Part shown: in pieces, positions 31,153 to 40,632 of the stretch | How the letters are laid out: each line of letters opens with the position of its first letter | How positions within the stretch are numbered: position 1 is the stretch's first letter | Source of the DNA: Polynucleobacter sp. | GTDB lineage: Bacteria; Pseudomonadota; Gammaproteobacteria; Burkholderiales; Burkholderiaceae | Direction: 5' to 3' | DNA length: 64,000 nucleotides | Assembly: GCA_044345755.1 (NCBI GenBank) | Contig: JBIJAM010000001.1 | Coordinates: 25,865-89,864, forward strand | Program-made: the position numbers and the translations under genes | Notes under the pieces: generated by a model | The model's input: the letters and a program-made list of their open reading frames with translations, nothing else | What the model was told of the DNA's origin: nothing | The model's database searches: none

Positions 31153-31652
31153 GCCTTAGGCTTAGCTAAGGCTACTTTTTCCCATTCGTCGATATCCATC
31201 AGGCTTGGCACTAATAAGACACCACTTTGTAACAGCGCTCCATCTTTGCCAGTATGTTCAATTGCCGATAAACGCGGATGCACATACGGGGCAACGTGCC
31301 TACCTACGGCAGCGGCCATATTGAGTAACTTAATTCGTGATTCACTCATGCCACCTATGCCATTCAGGCCGCCCATACCACTCACGCTATCCCCAAAAAG
31401 ATCGCCAGCATGGCCAGCAGAATTAGTGCCCATTTGCTCTGCAGCATCCACTAGCTCATGCATTACCTTCAGCATCACATCGAGTGGACTCATGCCCACA
31501 TGTTTCTGAGCTACTTCCCGTAAACGCGGAGCAAGCTCAGAAGGCAGTTCCAATTGCGTATCCGTAATCGATAAGGGCTTTACGGCTTTAGCTTTTAGCT
31601 TTGTTACCCTCTTCGCCTTAGCAGGGGTCATTGGCAGCATCCGGCTTATCAA
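31149..31652 (-). CDS. Putative terminase small subunit
   Basis: Directly upstream of terL (ATGA overlap); SPLDVML and APYVHPRLSAIEHTGKDG motifs typical of TerS-position proteins. Confidence 0.7.
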   Translation of the reverse strand: MISRMLPMTPAKAKRVTKLKAKAVKPLSITDTQLELPSELAPRLREVAQKHVGMSPLDVMLKVMHELVDAAEQMGTNSAGHAGDLFGDSVSGMGGLNGIGGMSESRIKLLNMAAAVGRHVAPYVHPRLSAIEHTGKDGALLQSGVLLVPSLMDIDEWEKVALAKPKA

Positions 31653-31824
31653 TCATGGTGAGTAAATGCGGCTGCAAGGCCACTGAATCACCAATCGGTT
31701 CAAAAAACCCCACAATCACCCGTTGAAACAAATCATGACGGCTTTGCGCCCCGCGGTGCTTGAGCACCGTACCAATTCGGCCACTCGGTGTTTTAACCCA
31801 GGACCCAATCGGAAAGTCTTCCAT
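31618..31824 (-). CDS. Small phage hypothetical protein (SH3/KOW-like beta barrel)
   Basis: MEDFPIGSWVKTPSGRIGTVLKH pattern; start probably ATG 31824 rather than 31977. Confidence 0.55.
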   Translation of the reverse strand: MEDFPIGSWVKTPSGRIGTVLKHRGAQSRHDLFQRVIVGFFEPIGDSVALQPHLLTMIDKPDAANDPC

Positions 31825-31894
31825 ATCAAGGCGAGGCTTTACTCCAAAATAATCTTCATTTGCAGCAATAGCGAAGTGAGCAGCATGGCGAAGG

Positions 31895-33046
31895 TTAATT
31901 GGCATGGCAGGCCTCCTCTGCAGTAAGAGCGGCATCGGCTGATGCATCTGCATTCCCATAGGCTTGACAATCAGCATTCATAGAGGGCTTAGGCTCTTTA
32001 GCAGCAGCCATAGCATCCGCTTCTTTGCGTTTACGTAATTCAGTAAAAATACGGGCCTTAAAGCATTCGTAGGATTCAGAACCCTGTGCCTGCATACCCA
32101 GTTCCCGACCTTTAGCATCAATACCAGAATGGCTCTTCCACCACGTTAGCTCCCCCGGATCAGGCGTATGTCGCTTAAGGAGCACTGTTTTCAGAATAGC
32201 CAGCACATAACCCGCATTAATCGGGGTGTTGACAGAGGCTTTCTTACGGGTCTCGCGTGCAATCGAAATGGCCTTGATCAGTTCTTCCTCGGAAGCACCA
32301 GTCTTGACCATGTCCCGTATGCGCACATCGCTAATGGCTACAGCACCCCCTTCCTTGCCCACAAGCGCTGCAAAGCGCGTCTGCAAAGCCAAGTCCTCTC
32401 GCGCAGCCTCCTCCCCTTGCCTTGGCTCTGAGGGATCATCCCGCACAACCCGTAAGGTGGGCGTAGCCTCTACGACCGAAGGTTCAGCCTTTATCCGTTG
32501 CTGACCGTTACCCCCTCTTTTCGTTTTACCAACATCGGTTTGATTGATTGGTGTTTGGGATATGGAGTCTGGAGACTGGTGATTGGTGACTGGTGTCTGG
32601 AGAGCATTGCGTCCGCATTTCTGTAGCATTGCGTTCGCATTGCGTCCGCATTTTTCTAGCATTGCGTCCGCATCCCTTAAATGCCCCGAATGCAACCCCT
32701 CCCCTGAAGGCAATTCTGACTCACCAGGCCCTTGCCAACGGCTTTCGGCATTGCGTTTAGCCTTAGATTGCTTATCCTGAAATCGCTTGATTTCATGATC
32801 GCAGCGCTGCTGTCTCCAGCCATCTGCTGCGAGTACAAAAAACTCATTGAGTATGTTCACTACTGCTTTTTTTTCTATTCCACTAATAGCACCAATCAAT
32901 TTTTGGATGACTTTGATATCAGCCGGTAGTGGTTTTTCAGTAGAGTAATACCGTCGTAATAATCTTGAATACGTCGCATCTTCTATAAATGATAAGTGTG
33001 TTGTTGCGACGGTGTAGTCGCCAATGTGGTGTTCGTAGTAGTTCAT
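31895..33046 (-). CDS. YdaU/DUF1376-family phage replication initiator
   Basis: MNYYEHHIGDY...HLS..E...Y.RLL..YY.TEKPLP N-terminus (ATG 33046 with GGAG SD); internal iterons; C-terminal WW.S..GI..KG.ELG. Confidence 0.85.
   Translation of the reverse strand: MNYYEHHIGDYTVATTHLSFIEDATYSRLLRRYYSTEKPLPADIKVIQKLIGAISGIEKKAVVNILNEFFVLAADGWRQQRCDHEIKRFQDKQSKAKRNAESRWQGPGESELPSGEGLHSGHLRDADAMLEKCGRNANAMLQKCGRNALQTPVTNHQSPDSISQTPINQTDVGKTKRGGNGQQRIKAEPSVVEATPTLRVVRDDPSEPRQGEEAAREDLALQTRFAALVGKEGGAVAISDVRIRDMVKTGASEEELIKAISIARETRKKASVNTPINAGYVLAILKTVLLKRHTPDPGELTWWKSHSGIDAKGRELGMQAQGSESYECFKARIFTELRKRKEADAMAAAKEPKPSMNADCQAYGNADASADAALTAEEACHAN
32604..32673. repeat. Iteron-like direct repeats (putative origin) inside the replication gene
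   Basis: GCATTGCGT(C/T)CGCAT starts at 32604, 32626, 32637 and 32659 (11/22-bp phasing). Confidence 0.8.
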
Positions 33047-33594
33047 ATAATCACGTTCTCCATCTTCTTGGGTTATCGGTTTACGAATGCACAGCAGAGG
33101 AGAATCTATCAATCGAGATTGATGAAGTCAAACACGATTTATTTAAGATTTTTCTTAAAATACTTTATTTGATAACGCTATCAAGCCCATGACGATAAAG
33201 GCTTACTTATCATTAAAGGTGATTCAATATGCACATACGTCCATGATTGTTTTAATTTGGAAACGCGTGTCAGAAATGCCTGATAACACTGTAGAACAGT
33301 AAGGACATATGCAAGAAATTAAATCGTTACTTATAGCGAAAAATATTTTTACATAAACAAAAAATAATTAGACCCTAGAGCATGGGTATTGCAAATGGAT
33401 TGACCGTCAAAGCCATACTCGCTACATTTCATCAACGCTGATTAGTTATCAATCATTAAAGGGGATAAAAAAAATGATAGTGATTCGTTTGTACCGCTTT
33501 TATCGTTCATTTGGATATACGAGAATAGGATCTGTAAAGATGACCTTCGAGGGTTATCGCAAAGATGCAGAACGCTCGTACTAAGGAGATCATC

Positions 33595-33804
33595 ATGCAT
33601 GACACGTCATCAAGCGACGTAACTACGACGCTAGTTCGTCTTCCTCAGATTTTGAAGGTATTACCGATTTCGAAGTCTAAATTTTGGCAGCTGGTTAGGA
33701 GCGGAGAATTTCCAAAACCAATTAAGATTGGTCGATCTTCTTTTTGGACCCTAGAACAGACCCAGGCGTTTATTAAAGAAAAAGCGATGCAATCGAACAA
33801 TTGA
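33595..33804 (+). CDS. alpA: AlpA-family transcriptional regulator/excisionase
   Basis: LVRLPQIL..LPISKS.FW.LV..G.FPKPIKIGR.S.W motif; SD AAGGAG before ATG 33595. Confidence 0.9.
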   Translation: MHDTSSSDVTTTLVRLPQILKVLPISKSKFWQLVRSGEFPKPIKIGRSSFWTLEQTQAFIKEKAMQSNN

Positions 33805-33814
33805 AATACAAGCC

Positions 33815-34567
33815 TTAATTGATTGACTCAAGTCCATCAAACCGTACACTTAATTCGTGTCCGCGATACAGTGGGATAGGCGTTCCTGACTCATTGCTCA
33901 TCTCGTCACTAGAGGCAATAAATACACTGGCTTTATTGCCTACATTAGTTACAAAACTTGGAGTACTAAGGAACTCGTCAATGCTGCTTGAGAGAGTAAC
34001 TTCCGTGGCCGGGAAAAGTGCATAGCTTACTATGACCCACTCTGGAATGTTGTTTCTAACAAACCAAATACTTGGGTTTACGCCTGGATGACTATTGGCA
34101 CTCATAATTTCAAAGCCCTGCTCTGTTAAGTAATTTCGAACCACTTGAACAGCAAAGTCTTGCAACTCCCAATCAGTCATAGTAATTTTCTCTACAGAAA
34201 TTAAATTAACTGGGTTAAACGGTTTCCGGGTATGAGCATCGATCAATCCCCAGTCAGACATAACCGTGCGCCACTCTAATCCAATTTTTTTCATGGGCAA
34301 TATGCAGGCAATGGCTTGATATCCATCTGCTATGGAGAACAATCCATCTTGATTTCCAGGTACGCGAATTGCATTGTCAACATCTTCAATTCGCAAGAAG
34401 AAAATTTGATTTCCCAGTCTAAATGAAAGGTGTTCTAAAAAAGGTGGCATTGGATCCGACTTAATCCAACTAATTGCGCCTTGTGAAATAGCTGTTAAAT
34501 GTTTACCCGCAGCGGCCCATACATCTATGTAATCCTGAGTGGGATCTTCCATATAAATGTCATGCAC
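33815..34567 (-). CDS. Hypothetical protein
   Basis: 250-aa ORF; the C-terminal half has a restriction-endonuclease-like alpha/beta pattern (weak). Confidence 0.7.
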   Translation of the reverse strand: MHDIYMEDPTQDYIDVWAAAGKHLTAISQGAISWIKSDPMPPFLEHLSFRLGNQIFFLRIEDVDNAIRVPGNQDGLFSIADGYQAIACILPMKKIGLEWRTVMSDWGLIDAHTRKPFNPVNLISVEKITMTDWELQDFAVQVVRNYLTEQGFEIMSANSHPGVNPSIWFVRNNIPEWVIVSYALFPATEVTLSSSIDEFLSTPSFVTNVGNKASVFIASSDEMSNESGTPIPLYRGHELSVRFDGLESIN

Positions 34568-34609
34568 TAGTATTACCCCTCAATTTTTCACAATCAAAAT
34601 ACACCATAA

Positions 34610-35242
34610 TTAACGTGCAGGCATCCATAGCCTGAACTCAACAGCTAGAGGGATTAGATCTGGAAACACGTCTCTAAACTCTTTTTGCAGTTTCAAATAG
34701 ACATCGTAATCATCAATACGACTCCACGCACAAGGCAAAGAGATCTTCTTGTATGCCTGTAATGCATCAATAAAAACATTATCAATAGGTATATGGGCAA
34801 AGGGATAGCATGTTTCAAATCCTGGCAGACGTTTTTCACCCAAAGTAAATACATACTTTAAGGTCATATTGATCCATTTTTGAGCCTGGCCGTAAGTAAA
34901 CTGCTTAAAACCACCATTCCAAAAGTGATGTCGCAATTCTTTGCAAGACTTTTGATGCCAACTATCGAATGCAGTCTGAGTCATTTTTTTCCCCTGCAAT
35001 CGCTTTACCAATGAAATCATTAGTCGATGGGACTCATCCCTTAATAAATCTGCATTTTGGTGACTGGCAAAACCATGTAAGGTTCTATTTAAATCCAAAT
35101 AAGCGCGATCTACAGCCATTTTTAGAAGATCAACGCCCTCTCCAAAATAACAACGAATGAGAAAGTCAAAATACTCATCCTGCGACGGGGGCGAAAACTG
35201 ACCCTTGGCTATTTTTTTGGATTTATGCAACTTTGAGTTCAC
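34610..35242 (-). CDS. Hypothetical protein, possible HhH-GPD glycosylase-like fold
   Basis: YGQAQKWINMTLKY ... HIPID ... WSRI..Y..Y..LQ pattern. Confidence 0.6.
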   Translation of the reverse strand: MNSKLHKSKKIAKGQFSPPSQDEYFDFLIRCYFGEGVDLLKMAVDRAYLDLNRTLHGFASHQNADLLRDESHRLMISLVKRLQGKKMTQTAFDSWHQKSCKELRHHFWNGGFKQFTYGQAQKWINMTLKYVFTLGEKRLPGFETCYPFAHIPIDNVFIDALQAYKKISLPCAWSRIDDYDVYLKLQKEFRDVFPDLIPLAVEFRLWMPAR

Positions 35243-35472
35243 TATGCGACTCTAGACTACTTTTCAATTTCAATCCATATGGAAAATTTCCATGACAGTA
35301 CAGTTTGATAATGCCTAAATTAAATATTTGAGAAAAATTACAAAATATATAGTTTTAAGGATCATTAAATGAGCTTCTAACTGAAATAAACTGCAAAAAC
35401 TAAATTTTTTTTTGTTAAAATTACTGCAGAATTCAAATAAATTATCCTCATAATTACTGCAAATAAATCCTA

Positions 35473-36405
35473 ATGTCTTACCTTGTAATAACTAACTGTA
35501 CTGGGCGCAAGTCCCAGACACCAGATCCCAAGTTAAGTGCGACTCCAAAACTGACGCCCCAGAGAGATATCGGCGAATGTGCTCAAACCTGGGCAAACAC
35601 TATTAAGAATGCAAAGCATCTCTATAAAGCTGAATTGCTGTACCAGGGAAGATCAATCGTCGATAGCAAAGCGGTTGGCGATATGCTAAATGCAGATGCC
35701 TTTGTTATTTCAGCTGGATTAGGCCTTGTATCCTCGCAGGATTTGATTCCGTCTTATGAATTAACTGTTGTAGATGGCAGTCCTTTTGGCAAACAATTAC
35801 AAAAGCAAGGTTATTCAAACCAAGATTGGTGGAAAAAATTGAATAGTGCTCTTAAAAAGACGAGCAGGCCACTATCAAAATTAATTAATGGCAGAAGGTA
35901 CAAACAGGTCTTTATTGCACTACCTTCGTCTTACCTTGAGATGATTCAAGATGACCTATGGGGTGCAGACCCAAAATTGCTAAGTAAGGTTCTGGTCTTC
36001 ACATCCTCATATGGCGCTCAATTTATACCCGAGGAATGGCGTCACCATGCCCTTCCCTACGATGAGAGACTGGAAGATAAAAATAGTGGATATGCGGGCA
36101 CTAGAACAGACTTTCCACAAAGAGCAATGCGACATTTCTTAGAAACAGTGTGGACCCCAAAAGACTCACTGGAAATTAACATTAAGAAGGCAAGTCAAAA
36201 CCTAAAAAAATTACAAAAGCCAACACTTCCCGCAAGAAGACGAGTTGATGATGATGAAATTCTCCGCATCATAAAAAAGAATTGGAAAAGTAAGCTGGGA
36301 AACTCTCGGGACTTACTTAGATATATACGTGATGAGGCTTTAGTTTCCTGTGAGCAATCGAGATTTCAAAAATTATGTTCTCAAGTTAGGGACTCTAAAA
36401 AATGA
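35473..36405 (+). CDS. dpdC: DpdC-like protein (YaaA/DUF328-related)
   Basis: ITNCTGRK, A..LYQG and VISAGLGLV.....IPSYE motifs; first gene of the dpdA operon. Confidence 0.72.
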   Translation: MSYLVITNCTGRKSQTPDPKLSATPKLTPQRDIGECAQTWANTIKNAKHLYKAELLYQGRSIVDSKAVGDMLNADAFVISAGLGLVSSQDLIPSYELTVVDGSPFGKQLQKQGYSNQDWWKKLNSALKKTSRPLSKLINGRRYKQVFIALPSSYLEMIQDDLWGADPKLLSKVLVFTSSYGAQFIPEEWRHHALPYDERLEDKNSGYAGTRTDFPQRAMRHFLETVWTPKDSLEINIKKASQNLKKLQKPTLPARRRVDDDEILRIIKKNWKSKLGNSRDLLRYIRDEALVSCEQSRFQKLCSQVRDSKK

Positions 36406-37535
36406 GTACAAAAAATAGTGAGATTATTGTTAGGGCCCTTCATACCCTTCAGGGAGAGGGGCTAGATGTATTTGCTTTTTTTGTTAAGGGATCTCAAATA
36501 TATGAAATGGCAGATATCAGCAGAATACAAAGGGATGAGAACGAAGCACTTCAAGGTTTTCAACGGCCAGAAATCAAAGCGCACGTGAAAAGCATTATTG
36601 AATATCTCGATCAAAAGAATGTCATCTTTCCAAATGCTGTTATTTTGGCAATCTCGCCCGAGGTCAAATTTGTTCCCTCAAGAGGCCCAAGACCTGATGG
36701 CCTATCTGAGATTGCCCAATCAGGAACCCTGACAATACCAATTTATAAAGAAGGTGAAAGGGTTGCCTGGATTGTCGATGGCCAACAGAGATCTTTAGCA
36801 CTATCTAAAACAAAAAACTCAAGCATCCCCATACCAGTTATTGCGTTTGTTTCAGACAGCCTAGAAATCCAAAGGGAGCAGTTTATTCTTGTTAATAAAG
36901 CAAAACCGCTCCCCTCAAGATTAATTAATGAACTGCTTCCTGAAACTCGCGGTATTACACTTCCCCGGGAATTAAACACCAGAAAAATTCCTAGCGAACT
37001 TTGTGACCTACTCAACCGTGATCCTCAGTCACCTTTCTACCAACTCATTAAAAGACCATCAGACTCAAGATTAATAAAATCTAAAGCGGTAATTACTGAT
37101 ACGGCCGTCATTAATATGATACGTAGCAGCCTTAGTAACACTCTTGGGGCACTTGCGCCCTATAAAGGTGCTGGTAAAGATAATCCAGATCTTGCATCGA
37201 TGTACCAATTACTCCTTCTTTACTGGGGAGCTGTACGAGAAATCTTTCCAGATGCCTGGGGAAAAGAGCCAAAACAAAGTCGCTTAATGCACTCTGCAGG
37301 CATAGAAGCAATGGGCGTTTTGATGGATCGAATTTATGCAAAATTAAGCTCAGCAAGCAATAACTACGAACTAATTAAAAAAGAAGTGGAGCTAGTTGCA
37401 CCTGTATGTAAGTGGACAAGTGGTAAATGGGATTCGATTGATGTGGCGTGGAATGAGATTCAAAATACGCCAAAGGATATTAAAAAATTACAAGAGGCCC
37501 TAGTTAGGGCTTACACAGCAAAGATTCTTGTATGA
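36402..37535 (+). CDS. dpdB: DGQHR-domain protein DpdB (DndB-like), copy 1
   Basis: GFQR, FPNAVIL, IVDGQQR and QFILVN motifs; adjacent to dpdA. Confidence 0.85.
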   Translation: MSTKNSEIIVRALHTLQGEGLDVFAFFVKGSQIYEMADISRIQRDENEALQGFQRPEIKAHVKSIIEYLDQKNVIFPNAVILAISPEVKFVPSRGPRPDGLSEIAQSGTLTIPIYKEGERVAWIVDGQQRSLALSKTKNSSIPIPVIAFVSDSLEIQREQFILVNKAKPLPSRLINELLPETRGITLPRELNTRKIPSELCDLLNRDPQSPFYQLIKRPSDSRLIKSKAVITDTAVINMIRSSLSNTLGALAPYKGAGKDNPDLASMYQLLLLYWGAVREIFPDAWGKEPKQSRLMHSAGIEAMGVLMDRIYAKLSSASNNYELIKKEVELVAPVCKWTSGKWDSIDVAWNEIQNTPKDIKKLQEALVRAYTAKILV

Positions 37536-38839
37536 AGTTTCTATATTCAGATACCTTGGATTATGTAGATCCAAACTATGATTTCATCAAAGATGAAAAC
37601 GCGCCTAATAGAAAAAAATACTGGGATGACCAATACGCGCATGAATTAATGAATACCGATCCATATGATGGCCTACTAATCGCCATTAGTGCGTTGAAAT
37701 CTGTGCCGGGAGCAAACATTAGTAAAACCAAATACTCAACTGCAGAAGAGCAAAGATTTCTACGGGAAGGTGCTAGAAAGTTTTTAAGGTTTGATACCGC
37801 GCAGCATAAGAACAAAATAATCATGGGGGATTGCGGCTCTTTTGCCTATGCAGATTTTAAAAGGCCAGCTTTTGAACCCTGGGAGGTTGTTGAATTTTAT
37901 GGACAGGCCCAATTTACACATGGCTGTCATCCAGATCACATTATTTTTGCTTTTGACAATCAAAATCCGACAAGGTCGGATGTAGATAGCAATATCGGAG
38001 ATCGATTTGATATCACCATAGCTAACGCTGAAGAGTTTTTGAAAATTACCAAAAAAGAAAAGGAGAGATTTGAACCTATTGGAGTGGTCCAGGGTTGGTC
38101 CCCAGTAAGTATGGCAAATGGCGCCCTTTTACTAGAGAAGATGGGATACAAGTACCTTGCACTAGGTGGCTTAGTTCCACTTTCTACTCCAGATATACAT
38201 CTGGTAATCCAAGCAGTCAAAAAGGTAATCAAAAAGACAACCAAGATTCACCTACTTGGATTTGCTAAGGCAGACTCAATACATGAGTTTGTTAAGTATG
38301 AAATTGATAGCTTCGATTCAACATCGCCTCTTATAAGGGCATTTAAAGATCGTAACAGGAACTTTTATATGCCAACTACTGATGGCACAACATTAAATTA
38401 CTATACGGCAATTAGAATTCCTCAGGCAACAGAAAATAATAAATTAAAGAGCGCTATTAAATCAGGCTTACTTAATGCAAATAAGTTAGCATCAATGGAA
38501 GTAACTGCTCTTGATTCATTGCGGGGATTTGATAAGGGCTTAGTTTCTATAGACACGACAATAGAGAATGTAATTAAATATCAAAAATGTCTGATTCTGG
38601 CGTCTGAGTCTGACCCAGTTAAGCGAGCAAAACTCGAAATTAAAGCAGAATCGGACCTTGAAAAAACTCTGAGAAGTGCCCCATGGAAAAATTGTGGATG
38701 CAGTATCTGCAAAACTATCGGCGTAGATGCAATAATTTTTAGAGCCAACAATAGAAATAAACGGCGTGGCTTTCACAACCTAGCCGTATACCTAGAACAC
38801 GTAAAGAAATTAACTGGGGCCAATAATGAAAAAGTATAA
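37532..38839 (+). CDS. dpdA: DNA-guanine transglycosylase DpdA (TGT-like)
   Basis: MGDCGSFAY, ALGGLVP, IHLLG, SFDSTS motifs and Zn site CGCSIC...RRGFHN. Confidence 0.92.
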   Translation: MKFLYSDTLDYVDPNYDFIKDENAPNRKKYWDDQYAHELMNTDPYDGLLIAISALKSVPGANISKTKYSTAEEQRFLREGARKFLRFDTAQHKNKIIMGDCGSFAYADFKRPAFEPWEVVEFYGQAQFTHGCHPDHIIFAFDNQNPTRSDVDSNIGDRFDITIANAEEFLKITKKEKERFEPIGVVQGWSPVSMANGALLLEKMGYKYLALGGLVPLSTPDIHLVIQAVKKVIKKTTKIHLLGFAKADSIHEFVKYEIDSFDSTSPLIRAFKDRNRNFYMPTTDGTTLNYYTAIRIPQATENNKLKSAIKSGLLNANKLASMEVTALDSLRGFDKGLVSIDTTIENVIKYQKCLILASESDPVKRAKLEIKAESDLEKTLRSAPWKNCGCSICKTIGVDAIIFRANNRNKRRGFHNLAVYLEHVKKLTGANNEKV

Positions 38840-39923
38840 ATTTACTGCCGTCAGGGCAACTCAAGCTAATGGGAAATATGTATTCTCCTTTGCTGCGAAG
38901 CCAAAAGATATTCTTAGTTTTGCAACGATTGATGGCGTTAAAAGACACGAAGATGGAAGGCTCGATGGCTTTCAACGCCATCAAATTGCACCGCATATCA
39001 AAGAAATCAGGAAGTATTTAGAGAGGCCTGATGCAATTCTTCCTAATGCAGTAATTGTTGCCTTTCTGGATGGAATTCAAGTTACCGAAAGAAAAGATGG
39101 CCTTCTAGATATTGAGATTTCAAGCGATAAAGAAAATCCACCAGGCTTTGTTGTAGATGGCCAGCAACGCTTAACCGCTCTTTCAGGCCTTGAGAGAGAT
39201 GATTTTGAAATATTCGTTTCAGCCATTGTTTGCGAAGACTACAACGAATTACGTCAACAATTTATTCTGATTAATAATACTAGGCCCCTGCCTAAGGCAT
39301 TGATCTACGAGTTACTCCCTAATGTAGAGGGATTGCCTGAAAGATTCAGTAAGCGCTCATTTGCGGCCAAAATGGTTGAAAAACTTAACTACACTAAAAC
39401 AGATGATGCAGTTTTTTACGGTCGAATACATCAGCATACGAACTCTCAAGGCAAACTGAGTGATCTAGCAATTCAAAAAATAATTATGGAATCAGCATCA
39501 AATGGAGCCATACGAAAATTTATTGAAGAGAATCCATCTCTTGAACCGGGTGCAATTAAAATAATTGAAGAAAGGTCATTCGACCTCATTAATACTTTTT
39601 TCTCTGCTGTTAAAGAAGTATTCCCAGGTGCATGGAACGGCATGACTCCAAGAACATCAAGGCTTGTTCATGGAACAGGCCTTGTTGCAATGAGTTTTGT
39701 AATGGAGCAATTGTATGTTGGCTACGGGGAAGTTTCTAAACCAAAATTTATGAAAGGGTTAAAACTTCTTGCGCCGAAAACAGCATGGACAGAGGGTACC
39801 TGGGTTTTTTCTAGGGATGATAAACGTCCCTGGAATGGCATTCAAAATAACCCCACAGATATTGACTTACTAACAAATTACTTGTTGCGACAGTTGAGAA
39901 AAGCAATTAAGGACAGTTACTAA
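38826..39923 (+). CDS. dpdB: DGQHR-domain protein DpdB-like, copy 2
   Basis: GFQR, LPNAVIV, VVDGQQR, QQFILINN and SRLVHG motifs; paralogous to 36402..37535. Confidence 0.8.
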   Translation: MKKYKFTAVRATQANGKYVFSFAAKPKDILSFATIDGVKRHEDGRLDGFQRHQIAPHIKEIRKYLERPDAILPNAVIVAFLDGIQVTERKDGLLDIEISSDKENPPGFVVDGQQRLTALSGLERDDFEIFVSAIVCEDYNELRQQFILINNTRPLPKALIYELLPNVEGLPERFSKRSFAAKMVEKLNYTKTDDAVFYGRIHQHTNSQGKLSDLAIQKIIMESASNGAIRKFIEENPSLEPGAIKIIEERSFDLINTFFSAVKEVFPGAWNGMTPRTSRLVHGTGLVAMSFVMEQLYVGYGEVSKPKFMKGLKLLAPKTAWTEGTWVFSRDDKRPWNGIQNNPTDIDLLTNYLLRQLRKAIKDSY

Positions 39924-40622
39924 ATGAATAAGTCAAAATCAGCCTTAGTTCTTTTTTCTGGTGGCCAAGATTCAACTACTTGCCTAGCTTGGGCCTTGGA
40001 TAAGTTTAGTCATGTAGAGACTGTTGCGTTTAACTACAACCAAAGACATGTTGTAGAACTTGAATGCCGGAAAGTGGTACTGCAAAATATTCGCGCGCAA
40101 TTTCCCGAGTGGGCTGACAAGTTAGGAGAAGATCATCTGCTAGATATTCCGGTTCTAGGAAGCATCAGTGATACCGCTTTAACTCAAGATAGGGAAATTG
40201 AATTTAGTAAGTCGGGTCTACCCACAACCTTTGTTCCGGGTCGTAATCTCCTTTTTTTAACTCTTGCATCAGCCATTGCTTATAGAAGAGGCATTGAAGT
40301 GCTAGTTGGTGGGATGTGTGAAACAGACTTTTCTGGCTACCCAGATTGCAGAAATGAAACCATTAAATCCCAAGAAAAGACCCTATCACTTGGGCTGGAT
40401 TACCCATTAATTATAGAAACCCCATTAATGTGGATTGATAAAGCCGCAACTTGGAAGATGGCTAATGACATTGGCGGCAACCGTCTAATTAATATTATTA
40501 AAAATGATACGCATACATGCTACCTAGGCGACCGTTCAGTAAGTCATGACTGGGGCTTTGGTTGTGGCACCTGCCCCGCTTGTGAATTAAGAAAAGCTGG
40601 CTGGAATAAATTTAACACTTGA
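39924..40622 (+). CDS. queC: 7-cyano-7-deazaguanine synthase
   Basis: [20 protein letters not shown] and CGTCPAC motifs. Confidence 0.96.
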   Translation: MNKSKSALVLFSGGQDSTTCLAWALDKFSHVETVAFNYNQRHVVELECRKVVLQNIRAQFPEWADKLGEDHLLDIPVLGSISDTALTQDREIEFSKSGLPTTFVPGRNLLFLTLASAIAYRRGIEVLVGGMCETDFSGYPDCRNETIKSQEKTLSLGLDYPLIIETPLMWIDKAATWKMANDIGGNRLINIIKNDTHTCYLGDRSVSHDWGFGCGTCPACELRKAGWNKFNT

Positions 40623-40632
40623 GAATGAATAC

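Larger units (their letters stand above)
22158..33804. mobile_element. Phage-derived replication/packaging/capsid/lysis module without recognisable tail genes (defective prophage, satellite or GTA-like)
   Basis: Co-oriented rep-terS-terL-portal-scaffold-MCP-holin-endolysin plus a divergent alpA. Boundaries approximate; no att site identified. Confidence 0.8.

Noticed and set aside
22378-33112. Complete inducible prophage
   Set aside because: No tail, ejection, repressor or integrase genes recognised in the module.
36402-39923. DGQHR proteins as a Dnd phosphorothioation system
   Set aside because: No dndC/D/E or cysteine desulfurase; the TGT-like and que neighbours identify a Dpd system.
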